DNA of 62,845 nucleotides, filler included, from Atractiella rhizophila (taxonomy: Eukaryota): the NCBI GenBank assembly GCA_021432655.1. It is 3 parts of 3 records of this genome, joined end to end, with 100 filler letters (N's around TTAATTAATTAA, not from the genome) between each part and the next. Parts side by side here need not be neighbours in the genome. Positions count along the whole stretch, not along the records: positions 49,598 to 62,845 come from MU271760.1; 2 more parts are not named here. One strand, given 5' to 3'. Of the stretch, positions 53,504 to 62,845 are shown piece by piece (the first letter of the stretch is position 1; each line of letters starts with the position of its first letter). A program made the translations under genes and the position numbers. The notes under the pieces are model-generated. The model had not been told where the DNA came from. It did no database searches and saw nothing but the letters and a program-made list of their open reading frames with translations.

Positions 53504-54399
53504 CCGTGATTCCTCCGTTGCCCTCAGACTTTCATTCCGCATTTCGAAGAAGGACAGAGTGAGCAGGACATCTTCAAGGACTCGTATGGATTAATTAACA
53601 TCGTGACGGTTGGTGTTACTTCTTATATAATCACATCGCAAAAACAAGTCTTGTGTGGTAAACAGTGCATACTGTTCCTACATCTTTCCACAATACCGTC
53701 ATCAACCGCTGAATTTCAATAGTATGTTAGCTGCTCAAGGCAGCGGGAAATGACGATAGGATTTCGAAGCCCAGTCTACAGGCAACGTAAAATTGGGGCG
53801 TGAGCGATTTTCTTCTGCCGTGCGATTCAGTGAACAGAATGGAGTCCGCTTTTCTTGAGCAGTGGAGCTCGCCATGCCGGTAGCTAGTAGCACTTGTCCA
53901 TCACATTCATTCTCTTTGTGGGATCATGTGGGGAGAGACTTCCCCTGTATTATGGAGACAAAAACCGACAATGGGATTGGTCCAACCAAGCTCTGAACGG
54001 AATACAACAAAGTTTTAGTCACGAGGTTACTAGGGACACGAAAAAGGACGGAGAGTAAAGAGTCAAAGCAAAGGGAGCAAACACCGTGACCTCAGAAAGA
54101 AGAGTTCATGCAGGCGTTGACGCTAGAATTCTAAACTGACATGGAAAGGAAGAAACAGACGAACGACATTGAAGGACAGCACAGCACAAGTTGTCCATTA
54201 GAGATCCCGACACCACTCGGCAAATCGAAATAAATCTGGATGAGTTTTGTGCAGCGTGCAGCGTTTTGTGCTGACCACATGAGAGCTATATGGTGGGTAA
54301 GCAGCAGTTTACAGATAACATACACAGAGCCTACATAATAACTGTTGGTCTTTTCCCATCAAATTTGAACGATGGTTTGTGCGAACAGTCACCTATGAG

Positions 54400-56000
54400 C
54401 CAATATCATCGTGAGACTGAATGAGCCTAAGCGAGAGGGAACTAATCCTACCAATTGATTTTAGTTGTCCTTTGAGAAAATCTACAACGTAGATTAGACC
54501 AAATATGAAACCAAGTAATCTCACAGTTCCGCTCTGTCTGATTCCTTGCTGAAGGCAGACACTCCTTTCCGCCGACCGTAACTTCAACGTATTCCTGGCT
54601 CTAATCTTTGCTAAAGACAACAGGACCTTCCAACACTTCTTTGACTAGACCTCGACCCTGTTTCAGGAGTTCTTCCAAGATCCAAATCTTTCTTGCGCCT
54701 CTTTCGAGAGAATGAATGTCCTTGTGAATGGGGTCCCCAGAGAAGTTCAGTCCTGGTTAAAAGCTACTTGGGTCCGAGACAAAGCTTTGATACCCTGGAG
54801 TAGAGACTGACGAATGGGTGTGTTAGTGCATAATTAGCATTCGGGAAAAGATGTTAATCGTATGCTCTAGTGAAGCTGAAAACGTACCTGCAAATGTACC
54901 ATGTGCCGTGGAAGCTAAAAAGGACGGGTTGACCTCTTGGAAAATTCCCAAGGCCGTTTTGTGGAAAAGCCTCGAAGCCAGAGCATCATTTGGGTCAAGA
55001 GGACAGTGGCTCCCATGAGATGTAGTCGAGGGACTGAAGTCGTAGGAAGTGCAGCTGAGTTTGGAAGCTGCGATGCAATTGAGACGACAGGTACTTGAAA
55101 GTTTTCAGTGTCTAATGTCTGGTGCTCAGAGGAAACTGAGGTGACCTTGATCGAGTCGCAAGGGCAAAAGTTCCTATGTGTTTCGGGAACTGAAGAATCA
55201 TTTGAATCATTTGCACCCAGAGATGGATAAGGGAGAATGGGATCCTGAGGAATATGTTCATTTGGTCCAGCTGCAAAGTCAAAGGGTATCACAGGCAAGA
55301 ACAAAAAGTTCTGGCTTTCAGGACCACTCGATGTCAGCTGATGCGGTCATTACCATTAAGGTTTCAGCGCAATGTAAGGCTAACAACTGGAACAAAGAAC
55401 AGTGCGAGCTAAAATTAAAACTTTCTTCGCTCTCCGTACTTGTGCCAGTATACTTTATACTCCATCCAAGAGGATGTGACGTAGCTCTTTCCAGTTCTGG
55501 TGTGGTCCGCTAGACCGTCATCATTCGCATTCGGGCGAAAAACGAAGAATGACAATTGATGACATTTGAGACGTAGACTTCTGCGTCTGCAAGATCATTT
55601 TGATTGTTTGTTCTTGAGCACCCACTTTGCGATTCCTTTCGCGGACTTAGGCAGTCTTCGAAAATAGGCCGCGTTCCACTGCAGTTAACCGTGGCAGTGG
55701 AAATGTATCCTCGCTTCAGAAAGTCTGCATCCTCCAAATCGTTTCGAAAAGCCCTAAGTTCTTCAGCCGCGAGCTTCAGTTCCTCAACGACCTTCTGAAA
55801 GATGCTTCTGATGCGTGTGGACCTTGCATCATCAGCTTTGGCACATTGTGCTATTCATAAACCGCTGGTGGACAATACATGTCAAGTGCATAAATCAATG
55901 ATCATAATCGATCTTGGTTTTGGCGAAGATCTGTCGCCATTTCTCCAACCTTTCCTTGGCTAATTCGTCCTGTGGCAGACCGGTTGTAGCAAACGAAACG
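54400..56000 (-). pseudogene. Decayed coding sequence of unknown family
   Basis: Helical, protein-like fragments (DELAKERLEKWRQIF; FQKVVEELKLAAEELRAFRNDLEDADFLKRG) broken by stops and frameshifts. Confidence 0.25.
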
Positions 56001-57787
56001 AAACGGGCGAGACACGATCATTAAAAGGGAAAGCCCGAGCATCAGAACTGAGCTAGACATGGTTAGACAGAGCTACGAAGCGAATTTGGAATGCCTTGAT
56101 GGAGCTATTAGAGCTAAGCAACATCTATCAGTTAAGCCTAAGCGACCAGGACCGCGCGCCTATACTTAAGCATTGTTTTATAACAGGTGTCTTGGGGTCA
56201 CGTCAGACGACGACCTTCAAGGCGACTGCTCGGAAGCTGCACAACCTCTGATCAGCAACGCCTCAGCGCTGGTGAAGTCGGCTTGATTGTAACTACCAAG
56301 CGGCAAACTCATGCAAGTCTCCGGGAACGTTCGTGACGTTCACATGCCATCGATTCTAAAGTGGATCACGGTACTGCATAGGTATTGCTGGTTTTTGAAA
56401 ACATAGTATCGATTGAGAACGGTTCGGCCGAATATATACAGCACACGCACAGAGTTCGTTAGACTGTTTCTGCATGCGGATAACGATTATGAGCACTTCT
56501 CTTCTTCAAAAGATACCCGGTGTAGGGAGGAGCAGGTTGAAGGCAGTTCTTTGAAGCACCATTTTAAGCGAGTTCGCTTTTTGCAAGCGCCTCAGACCGA
56601 GACGTCTCAAATTGAGGGGGCTTTAGGGGATGTGCAGCTGGGTCGAGCCAGTCCACGATTCATGGCCCTTGAGGCTGAGGCCAGACGGGCCTCTGGAGCC
56701 CGCTGTAGCGCTGCTCCGTAAACCGCGAACATCCTGTTCAAGGACGCGTCCGGCCGGCATCTTCTATTACGCCGAGGCAATAAAATAATAAACGCCAGCA
56801 TAATGGAAGATGAAAGAGCAAAAGCGCTGATTGCCCAAGCGCACCATGCAATAGCTCTCACAGGATACAGGCACACTCCTGAGCTTGCTTTAATGACCGC
56901 AACCGCAACCCTTACCTGAACAGGCGACGCACCTCAGATGCCAAAGTGGCTGTCCTCTGACCTTTCCTTCCTATACTTGAATTAGTCCCACCGGATGTGG
57001 AGAGCCGTAAAAAATCGAGCCCTGATGGCGTGGCGAAAGTTCAAAATGAGGAGGTAAATGAGGTTTAAAAGCACCTTGCCATCCCCAAACACTCTGTAAG
57101 ACCTGTCGGATCCAGCTAGGTGAAGAAACAAGATATGGATTGCCTGCCATTGAACCGTGGAAGAGGCGGAAAAAGGTTGAGCAAGCGACTGCGACCAGGG
57201 GCTAAATGGACAAAGGGGCTTCAGGTGAGTCATGTCAACGGACTTTGAAGCTCCGTGTTACGTAAGGAGACGCGTTTGGGTCCGATTTTTTTCGGTACAG
57301 AAGGATGTTGGAGATCAATGATACAATGGAAAGGAGAGAGAGAGGAGATGGGTGTGTGGACACAAATCTCGATCGTTTGCCTTGCATTCCGGATGCCGTG
57401 TCAAACATGTGCACTTCACCGCTAGTCCGGACTTATAAAGCATGGCTATGGGTTTTGCTTTCTGTTTTCCCCAATCAAATATCTTTACTGTATTCGCATT
57501 TGCTTATACGTGATTGGGGAACATTAGAATCTGCGAGTAAAGATAAGAGCTACTATTTTCATTTAAGGACCTTTCTGAGATCAAGAGGAAATGACCTTGG
57601 GTCGCGCGTGCTCATGTCCTGCTCATGTGGTTTCTTGAATTCACGAGACATCTCTGAAACAAGTGTGTCAGGGCCTTCATCCCTCAGGCCCCCAACCCAC
57701 TCGCAAGGGGCATGGCCCCTTGAACCCCACACTGATCATGTAAGAGTTCGAGTCCAGTACGGTTCCGTCTCTGCTGGGCCAGGTTAC

Positions 57788-57951
57788 TAAGGCTCCCATA
57801 CGGGGTGCCCGTGGCTCGTACGGGGAAACCCGTGCGGGGTTTGAGGTTTAAAAAGTCAACCCATCCCCTTCCCTCCCCCCGTAGGCGCGCCCCGTGACGG
57901 GGAAGGGGAAGGGGACCCTGCGGGGAAACAGCTCTCGGGTACCCCAAAGGG
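57788..57951. repeat. GC-rich cluster of CGGGG/CCCCG motifs, possible DNA-transposon terminus
   Basis: Starts TAAGGCTCCCATACGGGG and has many direct and inverted CGGG(G) motifs. No partner TIR was found in the window. Confidence 0.35.
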
Positions 57952-58671
57952 ATCAGACCAATGAGATAATGGATAATAATTGTACGCAAAATAATCAGCA
58001 CCAGACATGAGATTGACGATTAGTTACGTCTTCAATTGCCGTCCCTCTGTTGTGAGGGCTTACTGTGGCGGCTGTTCCTCAGGCTGTTCCTCCTTTCCTG
58101 CTCCTACGCGCCATGCGTCACATCGGATTGAACCACGCACTGAACCATGCGGAGATCCACATCCACAAAAGAATTTTTTGAGAAATCCGGCAGACCCGTC
58201 GCCCAGGGGTCGGCGATAAAACTGGTCGACCAGTTTTGACCTGCTTTTTGGCTGCAAATTTTCTCAAAATTGAAGCCCAAAACCATTTTTCGCTTTACGC
58301 AAACCCCTGGGGGCGACCAGTTTGCCCGCTTTCTACCCGTCAACCAACCTGAGGGGCCAGGGTACGTAACGGCCCCTCAGGCATCCTCCCTTGCCGCAGG
58401 TCATTGTGCGAAGAAACATTTCCACCAAGCCGCTTTCACCAGGACGCTTTAGAAGGTGCATTTGCGAGTCAAGAACAAGAGAGAGCGAAACAAGGTAAGT
58501 ATTCTTGTGATGTACGGGTGCGAGAAGCTGGTGGCGGCTGGTAATAGATGGGTGCTGATTGATCTCGATTGCCCAGCGCGAGGGATCACACCGTATCTTC
58601 ATCTGTTGTGATAAAAATCATCCCATCGATCAGCTCCATACCCGTCAGCGAAGATCACGTCACTCGCGGTC

Positions 58672-59187
58672 ATGTCGAGATCATCTCCTGAGCACCTGCT
58701 GCATACTTTACCATCCGAAGAAGACCCTCTCCTCAGGAGGGAGAACGTGGTCCTTAGGGAACGAGTGGACGTTCTTGAGAATAAAGTCGTCATTCTCAAC
58801 GCTGAAGTCGTCACCCTCAAGAAGATTAATTCTCAACTCAACGCTGAAGTCGTCACCGTCAAGAAGATTAATTCTCAACTCAACGCTGAAGTCGTCACCC
58901 TCACTGGGAGAATGGAGAACATGGAGCGGCAATTGCAACTAGTCTTTCAACGGACGAACGCCGATCAAGCAGCAGGTGTGAAAACCTTGTCTCGCAGCGG
59001 GGAAAGTGAGAGGGGTCTCTCAAGCCATCATTCTCACTTGGGATCACACCATGGCTCTCACCCATCTTCCCTCGTGCCAACAGAGCCGGTCCCCGAATCC
59101 CGCGATGCTCCTCCAGGCACATCTATCGAGCATATTATTCTTAGTAACGCAATGAGCAATCTTTCCTTCAATCGTCAAGATGGATAA
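58672..59187 (+). CDS. Hypothetical coiled-coil protein with 14-aa tandem repeat
   Basis: 171-aa ORF with heptad-phased LNAEVVTLKKINSQ repeats. Confidence 0.4.
   Translation: MSRSSPEHLLHTLPSEEDPLLRRENVVLRERVDVLENKVVILNAEVVTLKKINSQLNAEVVTVKKINSQLNAEVVTLTGRMENMERQLQLVFQRTNADQAAGVKTLSRSGESERGLSSHHSHLGSHHGSHPSSLVPTEPVPESRDAPPGTSIEHIILSNAMSNLSFNRQDG
58795..58903 (+). repeat. 42-bp tandem repeat, ~2.6 copies
   Basis: CTCAACGCTGAAGTCGTCACC at 58795, 58837 and 58879. Confidence 0.95.
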
Positions 59188-60142
59188 ATGGAATTTTCTG
59201 TTGCAATTCGGTTTCTCCTTAGGATGATCACGACATAGCCTTTTTTTCTGATGCCTGACTAAGGGAAGTCGACCAATATCCAGTGAGAGTTTCAGGACAG
59301 TTGTCGACATTGGTTTATCTTTGCTCAGCACTTTAGAACAAAAAGATTGAAAAAAGGTAATGCCATGATATCGCTTGAATGACGACCTTACTTCCTCCGG
59401 CAAATCCTTCCAATGATGTCCCTCCCTAGCAAACATTTGAAGTGTTAACTGGTTTGATATTAGATTCTGGAGACACCTGCACCAGCCATCCTGAGGAATC
59501 TGAGCATTTCCGCGGTGTTGTGGGTTCCGGCATACTTAAGATTGCATCGGTCTTGCTCTTGAACTGATGACGCTTTGATGGTCCAGTCCACACCGACACC
59601 GTGCCACATTCTCTCTATTTCTGGTTTCAGGAAGTAATCAGATTGAATTGATATCATGCAATGTATTACGGCTCAATTGAAAGAGATAAGTACTCAGTAC
59701 TGATAACACGGCATCAGTGATGAAAGATAATATAAGTCATGTTTTGGGAAAGACTCTGTTGCAGCTCAAAGAGGACACGAATCTTGAAGGCCGTTGCTTG
59801 AAAGTGGATGTGTCTGATGCTCCAATGCTGAACGAGGTGTCTTTTCTTCTCACTGGTATTCTCAGAGACGGTCAGGGCAGACGGCCATATTATATAGTAC
59901 CATTGCAATAGAAGACATCTACACACAAACACAAATGAAAGATGTACTGGCTTACCATCTGTACGCTCTGTCTTATGCCTCAGTTGGCTTCTTCTCTTCT
60001 TTACGTGACCACAGCAGTGAAATTTAAAGGGAGGGAAGGGGAGAGATGGGATGTCGTGCATTTTCCACTTAGTATACAATTCACACTCAATATAACTTAG
60101 GGTATAGGAGTATAGGGGATACGACATATATTGATTTAGATA

Positions 60143-62516
60143 TATAAAAGCCCAGAAACCAAAATTCTGGTCCTAGTCCAATGCACGTGAGTAAGTCACT
60201 GAGTCGCGCCGTGATCACCAACACTCATCAACCAACCGCTCTCCCAAGCTCTCCCAGAGCTCTCCTTTCAACTCTCTTCGACCGCATCCTCTCTTTGCCA
60301 CCAACTCCCCAACCCGAGAACACATTCTCTAACTGCAGCCACACCCACCAAAGCCAACGCATGACCTTCTTGAAGGAAATGGCACCAGAAGGCGGTCAGA
60401 TGAGTAGCAACACCTTGCTAGACATGAATTTGGGTCTCTCTTTCTTTGTTCCGGAGACTTCCAATCCACACACTCTTTTTCTTTATGAACTTTCAGTCTT
60501 GGCCAACGTTCCGTATTCTGCTGAACCCGGGTCTCTCATGGACACTTGTCACAAGGGTCTCATAGAGGTGGCAGAAAGGGACGGCGTGGACGTGAACGCG
60601 GCCAAAACGACGCATTTCTTTGATACCTTCGACAAACTTTGGAAACCTTTCTCCAGTCTGAATCAGAAAGACTTCGCAGACGCCGTACTTCCATCTCTGC
60701 CTTACAAGTTTGTAGACGTTCTCTCTGACCCTTCGGACGCTTCCAAGTTTGGGGACAACGTTTATTCCCCACTCCACATCGAGGAGCAAGCAGAACATAT
60801 CCTAACCTTTGTGGCTCGCAGAACCGGCACGCCACGCACCTCGAAGTTCCGCACCCAACTCATATCGCGAGCCATTGACATGTGGTGCTACGTCCTCAGA
60901 TCAGGCCTCCCCCTCCGTGAATTCACTCGAATCTATGCCTACAACAAATTCGCTGGTGAATGGGTCCTTCTCGCCAACGTCATGGCCTGGCAGGACACCA
61001 CCGACTGCCTGTTCTACAGCAGCTCCCGTTGGCGCCAGAGACCCCACGAAAGAGTTAACTTTAGACCACCAGCGGCGGAAACGGCTCAAGTAGGATGGAC
61101 GGAATTGGGTATGCCAGTATTCTACACCTGGCATACACCAGAAGAACTGGGCCTGGAAGTAAAGAGGGAAGCGATGGAAGATGCAAGACGGGAAGAAGAG
61201 AGGGAGGAGGAACTGGAAGAGGAACAGCAGAATGCAGTAGAAGCAATCCAATACGTCCTCGAAGCAACCGAACCGGAAGAATTCAACCGTCGCATCGAGG
61301 AGCGCAACTTATCTGCGCAACAGATCCAAGCCCTGCGCATCTCATTCGACAAGAACTACCGGAGGATTCAGAAGGGGAAGGGGAGGCAAGAGGAGCCAAC
61401 CCTACCCTCCCATCAACTCTCCAATGCCGGACTCAGATACAGGCCATTCTCCGTGGCGAGACCGCAGGGCGGGTCGGCGGGCCCCCACACTGGGGGCGGC
61501 CTTCGCAACGACACCTTTATCCAGTAAGCAGCTCCACGTGGTGGGAGTGCCTCTACTAAGGTGTGACGGCTATAGTACCGTACAACCTGTCGGGAACCCT
61601 TATATTAGGGAGGGATCTCTCAACATCCATACAACATCGTGAGCAGCTCCACATGGTGGGAGTGCCCGTACTAAGGCACGAGGGTTGCAGTGCCGTATAC
61701 CCAATCACAAAACCCCACACTGGGGGAGAATTCCTCAACTTACCCCCAAACTCTGCTGCACAAACGACGGCAAATCCTCTCCCTGGAGAAAGGTTCCACG
61801 ACAGCGCTCCACCACCATCAACTAGAACCCCACACAACTGGGGAGGCCCCCTCCCAACCACCATTAAGTCTAACTGGCGCCCCCAAGAAGGGACCGCAGT
61901 AAATCGGCTCAGAACCCAGGCACCAGGAGCCAACGCTGACCAGGGAAACCACCAGAACCCCACACCCGTCAACCCACCAAATCACCAAAACCCGGGACAC
62001 CAACTGCCTGGGGGTGGGTGGGGAGACACAGCATTACCCACGCAGCCCCTACAGCCCTTGCTGTCGCCGCATGCCCCCATCAGAGGATTCCCCGCAAGCT
62101 TTGTGCAAGCAGCGGGCACCATCCCACCTTTCGCAAATCCCGGCAATACCCCCCCAACCCGGGCCCAATTTCTCCACGCCTACCAGAACTTCGCACAAGC
62201 CAACCCCCCCGGCATAGGTCCAGAAACACCCCATCCGGCGAAGGGACGACAGACGCAGCCACATGACCCCCCTTCAGCCAGCGCGACTGCCCAGCCACAG
62301 GAGCAGCAAGGACACCCTGTGGGCGACTGCGGAAGAACGAGAAAAATTATAGACCAGCCAGAAGCAACGGCGTTGAAGGGAAAGCCCGCAGCAAGGAGAA
62401 AGCATCGCGCTCCTGATTCCCACTCTAGCGGGGATGAAGCGGAAGGGAGAAAAAGACGACGGAAGAAGAGGAGAAAGAACATACGGCACACCAGCCGCGG
62501 ACCAGATGCATCAGAT
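60143..62516 (+). mobile_element. Dispersed repeat element, copy 2 (similarity to copy 1 ends at ~62516)
   Basis: Collinear with 46758-49236, then similarity stops abruptly after GCATCAGA. Confidence 0.7.
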
Positions 62517-62537
62517 CGAGACCGGGCAAGCTACTAG
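60361..62537 (+). CDS. Element-encoded protein, copy 2 (spliced; C-terminally truncated)
   Basis: ATG at 60361. Removing 52-nt introns 61524-61575 and 61639-61690 joins both ORFs in frame. Confidence 0.65.
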
Positions 62538-62845
62538 AACACTCAAAACAGCAGCCTGTTCTACTCAGCCAGAGGACTCAGCTTGAACTAAAGAAAGCTG
62601 AGCAGGTCGGGCATGAGACGTCTCTCAACAAAGGTGCGGCAACCATCCACCCGTCCCTACATCCGCACGCCTAAGAGCACATAAAAGAAAAACTCGAGAC
62701 CTTGCAACTTTAGCTGAACCTACCACCCCTGCCTTAAGAATAACTACTGCCTCATGAAGGTCAGAAAGACTCTAAAACGGAGGAACTAATCAGAGAAGAC
62801 GACTCTTGAGAGACTGAGACAACTACTCAGGCTCAATCTCCTCCC

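Overview
Intron-rich fungal genomic DNA, inferred to be basidiomycete from its short ~50-60 nt GT-AG introns and gene families. It is a draft scaffold with three N gaps, two of which carry an artificial TTAATTAATTAA spacer. Positions 1-46 kb are mostly compact housekeeping genes: TSR2, a class I/II aminotransferase, a CorA-type Mg2+ transporter, an NDR-family kinase with an N-terminal CRIB-like motif, a DUF6534-like membrane protein, a C2H2 plus fungal-specific transcription factor, mitochondrial uL15, a Sel1-repeat protein, a 3-exon Costars/ABRACL gene missed by the ORF track, TRS33, YOS9, an NAD-dependent epimerase, a 2OG-Fe(II) oxygenase, ISY1, mRNA capping guanylyltransferase, WBP1, RAD1/REC1 and PLAC8. 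The transcription factor abuts a 1.29-kb tandem repeat, and its first exon cannot be found. Positions 46.7-62.8 kb form an accessory, repeat-rich zone. Its most striking feature is a dispersed element present as two long copies plus an inverted terminal relic. The two apparent ORFs of this element splice into one protein through paralogous 52-nt introns flanking a 63-nt symmetric exon, and this 115-bp module varies in copy number. No transposase, reverse transcriptase or recombinase is visible in the sequenced parts. All gene models and family assignments were made by eye, without database searches.
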